Assembly: GCF_963853765.1 (NCBI RefSeq)
Contig: NC_088854.1
Coordinates: 7,130,001 to 7,194,000, forward strand
Length of the DNA: 64,000 bases
Direction of reading: 5' to 3'
From: Magallana gigas
Taxonomy: Eukaryota
The translations under genes were made by a program, and so were the position numbers. The notes under the pieces were generated by a model. The model was given only the letters and a program-made list of their open reading frames with translations, was not told the origin of the DNA and did no database searches. This document shows, in pieces, positions 19,301 to 33,254 of the stretch; within the stretch, counting starts at the first letter, position 1, and every line of letters starts with the position of its first letter.

Positions 19301-22300
19301 ATGGAGGATTCAGAGAGGACTCAGCTTCTGTCAGATCACGGGCCAGACATCAGCCCCCGCATTGTGGTGGAAGTACCGCGAGGGAACGCCTCAGCAGACC
19401 CCGCCAGGAAAAAGTTGAGGAGCCTCCAGACCTCCTCCACCTCTGCCCTCGATACTGTGGAGGTCCCCAACAATCCACAGACCTACATCTCCAACACTCA
19501 CAGCATCTCACTGGAGGACAACCACCTGGACCGACTCAAAATATCGTAGGTTCAACATCCTACATCTCAGAAAAAGATAATTAATAAAAAATTACAACTA
19601 TTGGTATACAGGGTTATTTTCGCCCCGTATTACTAGTACTTCCACCAAATTCGGTAGACCTGTGGTAAAGATTCCTCTCAATTTGTTATTTTACAGCTGT
19701 TATATTACAATAAGTGTAATTGCATTTTGCAATTAGCCTGGATTTAAATTTGTCTACTGTCAATGAGAGTGAATGGGGCCAAAATTGTCCTTTATACAGT
19801 ATGGTACCTTGATTTCAGGTAATTATGGTACAAGAAAATCAGTACCCAAGATGATCTCTACATTACCTGTTAGCATGGTTGTTAATAAAAAAGTTTCTTT
19901 CTTCTCCAGCAACATACAGAGTCTAATGCACCTCCTGAAGGGTAACATCGGTACAGGTATTCTGGCCATGCCCATTGCAGTCAGCTACGCTGGGCTCTGG
20001 GTAAGCTTCATTCTTGGGGAATTTTTGTCATCCAGATTTCAAGGTTGTCAACATTTTGAGCATGTACTGTGAATTTAGCTCATTTGTTGAAGTCTAAATG
20101 ATTTATCCAAATGTGACAGTTAATTTTATAATGATATAACCAGCTATGGAAGGTTTTGATTGAGACAGTTAATGCTATCATTTTGTTAAAGTGTACAGCA
20201 ATAATTATTCACTTGTTCATTTTACTGCAGTCCGTTGATTATTTGATGAAACATGACGGGCTACATTTGTTTAAAAGTGAATATTTACTGAGAACATTGG
20301 ATTACAGGTCGGATCTATTGGAATTCTGTTCCTTGGATTCCTAGCCACCCACTGTATGCATATGCTTCTGAACTCTAGCACACATCTTCGGAGAAGGTAG
20401 TGATAGCTACATGTATTTTGAAACCTTCAGCCTATAGGATTATTAAACTACATGTATTAATACAAGACTGTTTCACATTTAGTTTTAAAATAACTTATAA
20501 ACAATCATCATGTGGATAATAATTGGTGCAATGTACCTGTGTGTATTTTGTGGCAGAGAGAGAAAAGGCCCCGTGGATTATGCCGACACCTTCCATCTCA
20601 GCCTGGCCTCTGGCCCACCGTCTCTCCGCAAATTGGCAGGAGCTGGTCGGTAAGTGTCTCCCTTGTTCCTGCCATCTTATTAGTCCCCTACCGGTTTTCA
20701 CTGGAGGGGACTATAGCTTTCCTCTGCGTCCGTCAGTCCGTCTGTCTGTCCCACTTCAGTTTTCCACACTTTTTTTCTTTATGCGTTTGAGGAATAATAT
20801 GAATTTTGCTGAACAGCTTCAAAATGTCAAACTACAGATCAAGTTTAGACTTTTGTAGCGTCTGGTTGACATATTTTCGAGAAAATTAATTTTTTATATT
20901 CCAATTTTTTAATGTTTGGATTCGATATTCTGCATAACAGTGCATTGTTTTCACAATTTCCACAAACCGGTACTCTCAGAATGCTTGTTGACTGAGATAA
21001 GCAAGTCAGTTACTTTGGAGGGATAAAATTCTATTGTCTTATTAACACTTGGGCTTGCTGGTAATTGTGATCATTACAAAAAGCCATTTTCACTGGAAAT
21101 TATATTGAAATGAAGTCTTGCTTTTTTACAGGGTAACAATAAACATTTTCCTGATGATGACACAGTTTGGGTTCTGTTGTGTCTACATTCTCTTCGTGGC
21201 AACAAATGTAAAACAGGTAAAGTAACATATTGATCAACGAGACACATCAGTCAAATAGAGGATTGTTATAATTTGGAGGTTCTGCTTAAAATTGATTGAG
21301 AGAGAGAAAGAAATAAAAATCCTTTTTAAAATAAATGTTAAAAAAAGGATCAAGAGCAGGAAGGGGATCTTTGTACCCGTATTGTTAGATATAATTTCCG
21401 ACCCCACTCACTTAAGACCAATTCTCAGGTACCAGTTCCCACCATTTAAATGAAACCTCACACATACACACATAATTAAGAGGTAACTAGAACTGATACT
21501 TTGCAAAAATAAATATAAGACCAATAGTTGTGTCTGATTTATTTTGTTCAGAGTAATAAAATATTTTTCTGTTTACATGACAAATATCTTCTTAATCCCT
21601 TCCTTTGCTTTAATTTTTCAAAATCAATGCTTATTAATCACAACTAAGTGATAAAATAGAATGTGGATTCCGAATTAAATGTGAGGTGTTAATATCGGCC
21701 TAAAATCGCTAGATGCAGCCCTTGCAGATTTTATAAAAATATCGCTTTTATTTTTCGGAGAGTTTTTAACTGGTAGGAAATTATAAAAAAAAATGCTGGC
21801 AATTTTATATTCTCGCGATTTGATACAAAAAAGCGAAATTGCAGAATTTAAAGTACATGTACTTATGTAAAATACCGGTAAGTAATTTACAGTTTTTTGT
21901 ACCAGTACTATCATGAGCTGGGTACTGGGATTGTACTGAGATTAATTGATATACTGAGATTATTGATGTAACGGTATATTGCAGCTGCTTCATACAGTGT
22001 GGGCAGATGACCCCAGCCTGAAGGTTTACATCATTGCGATTGGTGTCTTGCTAATTCCATACAGCTTAATCAGGAACCTTGTACATCTTGCCCCGTTTGC
22101 AATGTTTGCGAATGTCCTGAATGCGGTGGGATTGATCATCATCTTCCAGTACATCGTCAGAGGTCTTCCCAATCAGAATACCAGACCTGCGGACAAGTCG
22201 TATGAGAAACTGCCACTGTATTTTGGGACAGCTCTCTTTACATATGAAGGAATTGGTTTGGTAAGTTACTTTCCAATCTCTACAAACTGATAAACATTAA

Positions 22301-22781
22301 TTTGAAAACAATACATAGTACCCTAAGGCTAGTAGTTGTTTTTAAAGTGCATAAATAATACATGTATCTAAAAACCATCATTGCATTACTGTGTTATTGG
22401 ATTTGTTGCAAGGTCTGCTTTTGTTTCCAAGGTGCTCCCAATAGAAAACAAAATGAGGACCCCCGAGTCCTTCACAGGCTGGAATGGAATTCTGAGTGTG
22501 GGCATGGTCACTATTTGTTCTCTGTATTCTGCCATGGGCTGGTACGGTTACCTCAAGTTTGGAGACGAGGCTAAAGGGAGTGTCACCCTCAACCTACCCA
22601 CAGACCAACTGTAATTATAACCATATAAGCAATCATTGGGAACAAAATGCATGCTTGTAAGAAAGAATATCAAAATGATATTAAATAGCTACTATTATAT
22701 ATGAGTAAATCAAGTATTGTATTTAATATTTCAAGTAGTGTAAATACATACATTGCACCTTGCTTTTGTAGTGTCTTCCTG

Positions 22782-22818
<37 letters not shown>

Positions 22819-22894
22819 ATTCTAATCACATTTTGTCTGTCGTCCGTCCGTCTGTCCGTAAACTTTTCACATTTTCAACATCTTCTCAAGAACT

Positions 22895-22926
<32 letters not shown>

Positions 22927-25056
22927 TCATCCTAAGGCAAAGGGGATTCAAAGTTGTGAAAATTAAGGGCCATACTCGTTTTCAAGGGGAGATAATTAGA
23001 AATAAATGAAAAATTTCGAGAAATTTTCAAAAATCTTCTTCTCAAGAACCAGAAAGCCAGGAAAGCTGAAACTTGTGTGGAAGCATCCTCAGGTAGTGTA
23101 TATTCAAAGTTGTGAAATTCATGACCCCCGGGGGTAGGGTGGGGCCACAATGGGGGGTCGAAGTTTTACATAGGAATATATAGAGTAAATCTTTAAAAAT
23201 CTTCTTCTCAGAAAGTAATCAGCCAGGAAAGCTGAAACTTGTGTGGAAGCATCCTCAGGTAGTGTAGATTCAAAGTTGTGAAATTCATGATCCCTGGGGG
23301 TAGGGTTGGCCCACAATGGGGGGTCGAAGTTTTACATAGGAATATATAGAGTAAATCTTTAAAAATCTTCTTCTCAGAAAGTAATCACCCAGGAAAGCTG
23401 AAACTTGTGTGGAAGCATCCTCAGGTAGTGTAGATTCAAAGTTGTGAAAATCATGACCCCCAGGGGTAGGGTGGGGCCACAATGGGGGGGTCAAAGTTTT
23501 ACATAGGAATATATAGAGTAAATCTATAAAAATCTTCTTCTCAGAAACTAATCAGCCAGGAAAGCTGAAACTCGTGTGGAAGCATCCTCAGGCAGTGTAG
23601 ATTCAAAGTTGTGAAAATCATGATCCCTGGATGTAGGGTAAGGCCACAATGGGGGGTCGAAGTTTTACATAGGAATATATAGAGTAAATCTTTAAAAATC
23701 TTCTTCTCAGAAACTAATCAGCCAGGAAAGCTGAAACTTGCGTGGGAGCATCCTCAGGTAGTGTAGATTCAAAGTTGTGAAAATCATGACCCCCAGGGGT
23801 AGGGTGGGGCCACAATGGGGTGGTCGAAGTTTTACATAGGAATATATAGAGTAAATCTTTAAAAATCTACTTCTCAGAAACTAATCAGCCAGGAAAGCTG
23901 AAACTTGTGTGGAAGCATTCTCAGGTAGTGTAGATTCAAAGTTGTGAAATTCATGACCCCCAGGGGTAGGGTGGGGCCACAATGGGGGGTCAAATTTTTA
24001 CATAAGAATTTATATATAGAGTAAATCTTTAAAATCTTCTTCTCAGAAACTAATCAGCCAGAAAAGCTGAAACTTATGTGGAAGCATCCTCAGGTAGTGC
24101 AGATTCAAAGTTGTGAAAATCATGACCCCCAGGGGTAGGGTGGGGCCACAATGGGGGGGGGGGGTCGAAGTTTTTCATAGGAATATATAGAGTAAATCTT
24201 TGAAAATCTTCTTCTCAGAAACTAATCAGCCAGGAGAGCTGAAACTTGTGTGGAAGCATCCTCAGGTAGTGTAGATTCAAAGTTGTGAAAATCATGACCC
24301 CCAGGGGTAGGGTGGGGCCACAATGGGGGGGGGTCGAAGTTTTTCATAGGAATATATAGAGTAAATCTTTGAAAATCTTCTTCTCAGAAACTAATCAGCC
24401 AGGAAAGCTGAAACTCGTGTGGAAGCATCCTCAGGCAGTGTAGATTCAAAGTTGTGAAAATCATGATCCCTGGGGGTAGGGTGGGGCACAATGGGGGGTC
24501 GAAGTTTTACATAGGAATATATAGAGTAAATCTTTAAAAATCTTCTTCTCAGAAACTAATCAGCCAAGAAAGCTGAAACTTGTGTGGAAGTATCCTCAGG
24601 TAGTGTAGATTCAAAGTTGTGAAAACATGATCCCTGGGGGTAGGGTTAGGCCACATTGGGGGGAGGGGGGGGGTGTTAAAGTTTGACATAGGAATATATA
24701 GAGTAAATCTTTTAAAATCTTCTTCTCAGAAACTAATCAGCCAGATGATTCTTTATAATTGTTAAGACTTTGGCTCCAGGACAATTCTTCAGCCTCACAA
24801 GAAGGTTTAGAGTTTGATGTAGCTTAATATCCCATGTATAAACAATTGTAAAGGATCTTTTTGAGGACTGCAATACTCAACATGTGATATGACTATAAAA
24901 TCATCCTGTTAGAAATGGGACTAATGATTATAAACATAAGAATATCCAGGGGGAAAAATGGATTTTATTTATACAGGATCTACATGTATTAATGTACATT
25001 GTCCAGATTGTTTGTATTATGACTCCATTAAGCTGAATTTATCATACCTATTGTTC

Positions 25057-25094
<38 letters not shown>

Positions 25095-25851
25095 TATGTT
25101 GTAAGTTATAAATAGCAAATAGACAGCATTTAGGACCATATACTAATCTCTTTTACTCAATGATTCTGTAAAGCTACTACAATACATGTTCTCTCTATAA
25201 AACTTTCTGGAGTTGAGTATTTTCTGGTTCTCTATTTCAGAGTGTATCAGCTGGTTCTTCTCATGTTCTCCATCTCATTATTCATATCCTTCGCCCTTCA
25301 ACTCTATGTCCCAATTAGAATCATTTGGCCCAAAATCCAGCACCATTTGGTGTCCAAAAAGAAGAAAGAGTTTGGGGAATACGCTCTCAGGATAATATTG
25401 GTGATGTTCACAGGTAAAAATCACAGTGGGAATGTGCTGGCAATCCTGAAGAGCAAATATGATAATTTTACCTTATTCATATTAATATCAATTTCATATT
25501 GTGAGAAATATGACAGCATTTTCTGCTAACAATGTGATTTAATTTAATGATTTACAGTATAAGACTATTATTTAAATCTGGTTTATTTACCTATCATTTT
25601 TTTCATTTTCAGCAATTGTGGCCATTGTGGTTCCTGAGTTGGACTTGCTTATCTCTCTTGTAGGTGCTTTGGCTAGTAGCTCTTTAGCATTGGTTTTCCC
25701 TCCCCTTATAGAAATATTGACTTATAAAGCACCCAATGAAAGGCTTTCCTCCCTATCTGTGATTAAAGACATTAGCATCATGGTATTTGGAGTGTTTGGA
25801 TGTGTTGTGGGAACGTGGGTCTCCATTGACGAGATCAGGAAGAAGTTATAG
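19301..25851 (+). CDS. Proton-coupled amino acid transporter (SLC36/PAT family), ~489 aa, 9 coding exons
   Basis: Exons 19301-19545, 19910-20000, 20308-20396, 20557-20649, 21132-21216, 21985-22260, 22432-22610, 25241-25413, 25613-25851 (1470 nt); motifs HLLKGNIGTGILAMP, TQFGFCCVY, FGTALFTYEGIGLVLPIENKM, LISLVGALASSSLALVFPP. Confidence 0.92.
19600..19801. mobile_element. Degenerate ~200-bp MITE in an SLC36 intron
   Basis: Imperfect TIRs TATACAGGGTTATTTTCGCCCC / GGGGCCAAAATTGTCCTTTATACAGTA. Confidence 0.5.
20680..21000 (+). mobile_element. 5' fragment of a second HINE-like family
   Basis: TTAGTCCCCTACCGG...GGGGGACTATAG terminal hairpin followed by a GTCC/GTCT microsatellite, as in DINE/HINE-type elements; 3' limit uncertain. 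Confidence 0.5.
22785..25091 (+). mobile_element. Complete HINE/Helentron-like non-autonomous element in an SLC36 intron
   Basis: Subterminal IR GCTCACCTGAG (22789-22799) / CTCAGGTGAGC (25057-25067), (GTCC/GTCT)n microsatellite near the 5' end, 3' palindrome GGCCCATGGGCC (25073-25084), T-rich flanks. Confidence 0.85.
23020..24745. repeat. Satellite array, ~166-170-bp unit, ~10 copies (Cg170-like)
   Basis: AAAATCTTCTTCTCAGAAA...GCTGAAACTTGTGTGGAAGCATCCTCAGGTAGTGTAGATTCAAAGTTGTG recurs every ~166-170 nt. Confidence 0.95.
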
Positions 25852-27662
25852 ATTACTACACCATTCAACTCCTCAGACTTTACATTCACACATTTCCATC
25901 ATGATCTGTTTATTTACATGTATTGGAATTTTTACTTTCTACCCTCCTGGATGTTTATTTTGTTTGAGCTCTCCCCCATTGGATTGTTCATGTAGAGGAG
26001 GAGGCCGGACTGTAAGGCACTGTTAAGATGTTTCAGGTTCTGACCAAGCCCACTGTGATACTAGCGCTCATATTTTCTAGGTATTATTTCATCTGCACAG
26101 ATTTAAAAAAGAATATTTATATTCAGTGTGTATTTCCCTTTATATTTGTATTGGAAATCTGTGCAGTTTAATGCGGTATTCAATTTGCCTGTATGGCCTG
26201 GTGTGTTATAGGACCGACATTATCCAAAAATGAGCATTCCATGCTTAAATATATATACTTTTATATTGAACAGAACATTTTAGCACTTTTTAATACAGGA
26301 CATTGTTAAAGCATGTTTATTCTAAGACCGTATTTTTGGTAAAACAAGAATTGTACGACTGTCAATTTTAAATTTGAAGAACCATCACCCACCTTTAAAA
26401 TTCTTGTCTCAATTTTTAATTTAGAAATGTTAATTAAATATTGCCTTGATTATATATAGATCTTCTCAATTAAATAAGACTACCTATAATTGTGATTAAA
26501 TTATAAATCCATTGATACTGATCTGGCCAGTGTCCTAAATACAAGATTTTATTAATTTCATGTGGCAATTGCGAGTCCAAAGGGGGGGGGGGTGTTGTTG
26601 GTCTCTACAACTTTCCAAGGGGAAAGACTCTGGTAGAAAATATAACACTAGTTCTTGTGTAGTAAATATGTAAAGAGATCTGGAGTCTTTTTTTAAATAC
26701 AGTGGTTTGAGATTTAATAGTGCTTTGATTATATGTAGATGTTCACATGTAGCCTTATTTTTTAAAATCTTTTCTAATTCTTTGTGGTTCATTTTTCGAT
26801 AAATCTTTTTATACAGAAAATCTCGCCATATCTGTATTTTTATACATGTTTATGTATAAAGGTTTATTTTCACCATGCATTCCACATCAGATTAGCAGAT
26901 TCATTACCTCAGTGAGCAGAACGTGTCTATTTGTATGTAACCGAAACTATTTTTTTGAGAAGATTTATGAATCTTTGTGGCAGGCACATAAAATATGTGA
27001 AAGGTTGAATTGCTTGTTACTTCAGTTCAACACTAACCTCATTACATGTATTGTTGACAGGGTGGTGTAACTGTTTCTTAATTGTAGTTAAAAAGATGAA
27101 GTTGTTTATTTGGTTCAGATTACACTATTCATTGTTGAGAATGTGATATACATGTAATTATGAATTTATTTCAGATATTCTTGTATGACGACTTTTGACC
27201 ATAAAATTATTTTTATTAAGGTATATACAAAAACTGTGATAAATAAACCCTACAAAAATCATTTATCTGATGTTTTGTATTCATTAATCATTTAATACTC
27301 AGAACTTATTATTGATTACATTGCAATAAACATACCAGGTCTATAATATTCATACTTGTCAAAGGTTGCCACCTAAACCACATGTATACTAGGAATATCA
27401 TAGATGTCAAAAGTAAAAACAACATTGTTCAAATTGTAAATAATTTAATGAGCACACTAATACATTTGTAATGCCATTTAAAAGATGGATACATGGAAGC
27501 TGTCTCCTCAGTTTTAAGTTTCTATTTCCTACTGACCAGGTCATCACAAAGGTCTATCACAGAGAACTTTTATTGGATAATATCACAATCTTCTTTTCAG
27601 GAATCTGATTAGTGAAGTAAACAAGTTCCTGGTTGCCAAGTGTTCCCCTCGGTGTGTAAATG

Positions 27663-30600
27663 TCACCCCTTCTCGTGAACAAACTGCTCTCCATAGTAAT
27701 TGAATACTCGAAGGTTGGGTTTTTTTCTGATCACATCCTCTATCAATTCATCTATTATCTGAAAGAAAACAAAATTTAATAAATTCTTACTTGATAGGTC
27801 TATTTGACTACCAGTAATATGTGCATTTATACTACAACTACTGGTTGCACTGACAAGTAATGTGGCTGAATAAACAAAGCTTTAATAAAATAAAACTGAA
27901 ATCATTATTACTCATAATGCCTTAGATATAAAGGTTCAGCTACTTTTATCCCTAACTGTCCATATTTTAAGAATATTTTCTTGCAAAAATCTCTGGGTGC
28001 AATTGTCAGCAACTGAAGAACAACAAAAGTACTATAATTATCACCAAAAAAAATATGAAAGAGTGTTTACTTGAAAGTATTTAGTTTTCAGCATAAGCAC
28101 AGTCATTGAAATACACCATTTAGCTTCACTTAAAGGTGAGATAACTACATGTAAATGCTTGTAATGCTTGATTTACCCTGTTGCACTGTTGTAAATTGAG
28201 AAGTCGAAGTTTTGGCATTTCCTCTGGAATTCTTATAAAGTAGGTTCCTGTTATTTTGTGCAAACCTATGATATCCAGAACCTTTAAATTCCTGTCAACA
28301 AGAGAACACCATATAAGCTTTTATTTCATTTTAGTTGTTTTTCAGAGACAAGAAACAGCTCTATAATATTATGCTTTGAAAACAAATTTTCCTGCAAATA
28401 TTATTTTCTCTGTGGAAATTATTGCTAGCGCTCTCGAGCGCTAGCAACTACGTTAGTCTTTTTCACTGGAATACGCATGCTCGACTCCAAAGTAGGGGAT
28501 TCTGGGAATACTGTACTACTGTAGATAAACTGTACCATTTGAATTTCGTTTTATCATTTTCACATGATTTTGTGTTTTATTGTAAATGTCAAAAAGTAAC
28601 AGTAGCTTAGGTCTTATAATGCAAAGTTATTTTCAATATTATAATAAATAGCTAGCTTTATCTTAAATTTCTTCAAGCTCGGAAAACAACTGCGGATATG
28701 TTTTCCGAGCTTGCCGGAAAGGCCCGAGAAGATACGATTGCTACAAAACACTGTTACAGTACCAATGGTTCTTGAAAATTTACAAAATTACAGTAGATAC
28801 ATAATGATTAAGGCACAGTCAATGAGCTATGCCATGCCTCTAGATTCACAGTTCTAAATTGGGACCACACTCCAGTACAATTCCAGTACACCACCGTGCC
28901 TACCTATATTTAATTAATTGATTTAGAAATATAAACCAATGTTTTAGAAATTTGCTTCTGTATTTTATGATGGCTACAGCGCTAGCTCACCAATCTTTTT
29001 AAAAGATAAGCTTGTGTTAAAATTATATCAATCAATAATAATACCATTAATGACTTATGGGTCTGAAATATGGATATCCAACTTCAAATGTGATTTAATG
29101 TTTTCAGAACAATTTACATTTGAAAAAAACACAACACCTTATTTTTAAAGACATCTTGGGGGTACACAGAAAGGCATCAAATATTGCTGTTTTATGTGAA
29201 TTAGGACAATTTCCTCTGTATTATCTATGTATTGAGAATATGTTCAAATTTTATAAGAGACTGGAAGATATGGAATACAAAAATGACAGCTATAATAATT
29301 ACTTAATAACATCTGGGTTCAAAGGAGACAAAAAATAGTCTTATAGAGTATCTTGGAAAAGAAAACTGTCTTCATTGCTACAGAAATTAAATATCAATTC
29401 TTCGAATATCTGTCACAAAATTTTAAAGAACAAGTTAAAAGAACATTATCAAAACAAAATACATGAACAACTAAACAATATATGTAAAGCTGACTCTGGA
29501 AAATTGTCTTTTTACAGCAAAATTGTAAACCAAAATGAATATGAACTACAACAATACTTAAAACTACCTTTAAAAAAATGTGACAGATCTGTCCTAACAA
29601 AACTAAGAATCAGTGCTCATTCATTATTTATTGAAACTGGTAGATATTCTAAACCTCCTATTCCAAGAGAAAAACGTCTGTGTAATTTTTGCAAATTGTT
29701 TATTGAAGATGAGAAACACTTTGTATTGTATTGTTCAAAATATGACCAATGTAGATTGAATTAAAATGATATATTTAATGTGAACACATACACAAATGTC
29801 AATCCTATTAAGGAACTTGTCAATCCTAAAAACATTACAGCTGCTAGAAGGATATGTTGTTTTCTAAAAAACTGTTTCAACACTAGAAAGGAACGTCAAC
29901 AATGAACACTTATACAATTTTATGAATACCAATAATAGTCTTCACACAAGCCTAGTTTTGTTCACCCAATGTTTTGTCCATTGTTGATCTATTAGTTAAA
30001 GGGGCATGGTCACAATTTTGGTCAAAAATTATTTTTTCGATTTTAATGATTATAATGCTTCAGTAAGGCATTTTTAATAGGCAACCAAATTTTGAGTGTC
30101 ATTTGTTGAGTTATAAGCGAGTTACAGAGCTTACAATTCTTCGCTATGTAAACAAAGCTTTTGTTTACATTCTGAATGTTGAAGTGAAAATTCCAGTTTT
30201 ATACCTTAAATAAATGTGTTAATCGTAAGGAACTGTTCATTTAGGCTTTAAATGAATAAGGATATAGACAAATCATCTTGAAAATTTTTTTTTACTGGTA
30301 TATGAACCTATGTAAACAAAAACAGGGCACGAGCCTTGTTCACATGACAAAGAATTGTGAGCCCTGTATCTTGCTTAAAACTCATCGACGGGCACCCAAA
30401 TTTCATTCGATCATTAGAAATGCATTCATAAAGCATTGTACCTAATAAAAACAGAAAAATAAAATTTGACCAAAATCGTGACCATGCCCCTTTAATGTTT
30501 AACTTTTGCATGCTATGTTTAATGTTTTATGTAACTCATATTCATGACTGTATGCCAACATGGTAATTGTCAGTAAATGAATTGAAAAAAAATAATCTTA

Positions 30601-33254
30601 TGATTTTGGTTACCGTAAATGTCTATTTGCTTAAAGTACATGTACCATGCAGCGATGCCACTTTCAGTAACTACATGTACAATGTCCAAAGTCATTTGAC
30701 AAAGCTATAATGTAAGACACCCTTTGAAAAACAAGAAACAATTTTAAGATAACAATAAAGATCGAGTGTCTATATATACATGGTTAGCAATGGATACACA
30801 TGGACGTGTCTGACAAACCTGCAATGGTCCACAATGGAAATGATTCCAGGGTCAGAGATATCCCAGCACCAGGACAGAGCCAAGTACTGAAGCTTGGGGC
30901 CGCAGCTAAAAATACAGCAACATTAATCACAGGAAACATATCTATAGCATATTGTGAATTCACATGCATCTTGCAGTTTTCACTGATAACCACATGTTTA
31001 TTTCTGTGGGTTTTGAAGTTCTGCCTAAATAATATATAGAAACCAACACTTTCCTTTTTTTATCCATGTTCATTTCTGCAAGTTTATATAAGTGCATAGA
31101 AAGCAAATATTGTACATACAATAATTACAAGCTCCCTAAAAGTTAACAGAAAAAATCTGACCACTTTGTCAGCTGAATAACACAGTCGTCCACAAACTGA
31201 GTGTTTTCTGAGAAATCCAGCTCCACTAGGTTGGACATGGATTTACAGGTGAATAGTGACAGCAGTCCGTCCGTGGAGAAGTACAAACCTTTCCTCATCT
31301 TCAGATGGGTCAGCTGTTGGAGGGTCTGAGTAATAGAAATTAAAACTGTAAAAGGAGCTCCACAAAATAGGCACATTATAGTTGTAGAACAGATTATGCC
31401 TTTTAAAACCAGTTGTTACTGTTCGTCAAGTGCAAAGGTGGGTACATCTCTTATTTACTGGTACCTTATTATGGTGGTAATGTTTATGCTTCTTAACTAT
31501 CCAAATATGTGTATGCATACACCCATTAGGTTGAAGTATGTTAATTAAAGTAATTTTTACCAATAATTGTGGCTGTATGTTACACTTGATATAGCATATT
31601 CTATATTTACAATATCTGGTCAGTACATACTAAGGATGAAGATACAGTGTTAATGAGAGTACACAATATACCGGAAATTCTTGACAGTATTTTCCAGATC
31701 AGATTTTACCTGTTTGTACCTGAAGTCATTGCAATTATAATCATATACATGTATTTACCTGGAGTCATGGTCAAATATACTTGAAGGTACCTGACAGCCA
31801 TGGTCTTTATTTACCGGTATGTACCAGAGTCATGGTTTGTAATTACTTGTTGGTACCTGGAGTCATGGTCTGACATGTATATATATAGGTACCCAAAATT
31901 ACCTGACACAGACAGTCATGGTCTCTAATTACCTGTATGTACTTTAGGGCCTGGTCAGTTAGTCCTTCACAAAAGGAAATCTGAAGTTTGTTCAGTTTAG
32001 CACACCTTGCAATGTGATGAATGCTTTTGTCTGTTAGTTCAGCACCATCTAGCATCAGTTCTAGGAGATTGTTGAGTTGTTGATCTACCAGGGTAATCAC
32101 AGCACTGACAAATGTATAAATAGAGTACATGTAATAATCTATTGAGATATGAAGCTCACAAATAATCCTGTACAATAGTTTAAAGAAAAAAATAATACAT
32201 ATATCATGGGCAGAAATAAATATTCATATACATGAAATGTACAATGTAAATAACTAAATATACCTTTTAAAAAATTAGTGTTTATATGAAATTCTTTGGT
32301 TGATATGTGAACAGATTCACCATTCTGATTATTGCCAAGAATTTTATCAACTGGATGTAAATACCTGATACTTATGATTGTCATAAACAGTTTTGATAAA
32401 CACAATTTTAATTGTTAGCTTTTAATGCATTGTGTGTACCTGTCTGAGATCCAGGATATGCCATCAATGTTAAGTGAGACAATTCTGTTCATCCTCGAGG
32501 CCAGCAGAACAATGCTTTCGTCTGTGATGCAGCAGTGAGAGAAGTTGAATTCCTGAAGGTTCTCTCCCTTGACCATCGATGCTGCAGCACCATCATCTAC
32601 AGACATGCAGCCCTCGGTGTTCAGCTTTGCCAGTCGTGGACAGTTCCTCAAGAAATATTCTATCACAGTTTTGTTAACACCACTACAGAAGCCTATGTTG
32701 AGAGACTCCAACATAGGAATGTATTGGGAGAAAACAGCTACTTCTGCTGTTGTCAGATCAAGCCTTCCCATCAAGTTCAGCTTTTTCAATGAGCTTGCTC
32801 TAGAAATAATTCTGCATAAAGAAGTGGATGGAATTTCATTGAGTCTGCTGAAGTCCAATTCCTTCCACAGACTAGGGTCATGTCCTATATCATACCATCG
32901 TTTACACACAGGTATCACATGTAAATTGAGTTCAACAACTGAGAAAAAGCTAAAAATACTTAAAATAACTTCCCTTGGTAGATGGTTGAATGAGACCAAC
33001 TCTTCCCGCGTGTCTTCATTATAACTACTTAGTCTTTCTGTACTGCATATTAAGCTTTCTACTTCATTAGATATCACTTTGATATCATTTTCTACAGTAA
33101 GTTTTGATCCATCATCAAGAGCTAGAGATGGCTCACAAGTACGGAAGATCCCTGGCCCAACAATGAATTCAGTGCCGTCATCTTCTAGAAAATGGACAAC
33201 TTCTGCTCTATAAGAAAATGACTCCTCCTCATCATGCTCGTTCCCATCATCCAT
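27663..33254 (-). CDS. F-box/leucine-rich-repeat protein, ~482 aa, 6 coding exons
   Basis: Exons 32440-33254, 31933-32104, 31162-31325, 30819-30905, 28177-28291, 27663-27758 (1449 nt, in frame); F-box LPREVILSIFSFFS..VCKRWYDIGHDPSLW; cysteine-containing LRRs (LSWCWDISD, ISFCEGLTD). Confidence 0.88.
29000..30592 (+). mobile_element. 5'-truncated non-LTR retrotransposon (CR1/L2-like) 3' end, decayed, interrupted by a MITE
   Basis: Broken frames encode PLMTYGSEIW, ILGVHRKASNIAVLCELGQFPL, LTKLRISAHSLFIETGRY..REKRLCNFC..EDEKHFVLYC; the 3' UTR continues on both sides of the 30000-30491 insert. Confidence 0.8.
30000..30491. mobile_element. Kolobok-type MITE (TTAA target duplication, AG termini)
   Basis: TTAA|AGGGGCATGGTCAC...GTGACCATGCCCCT|TTAA; TIR extends through ATTTTGGTCAAA/TTTGACCAAAAT. 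Confidence 0.85.
31705..31935. repeat. Degenerate tandem repeat derived from the F-box gene exon-2 donor region
   Basis: Repeated TTACCTG/GTACCTG..AGTCATGGTC units, reading CAG|GTAA or CAG|GTAC on the minus strand. Confidence 0.7.

Noticed and set aside
22932-23494. Three similar minus-strand ORFs (65-72 aa)
   Set aside because: They are translations of successive satellite monomers
27612-27665. Stop-codon readthrough of the F-box gene (17 open codons after TGA)
   Set aside because: The context TGA-CAT is not the CUAG readthrough motif and an open stretch this short is expected by chance
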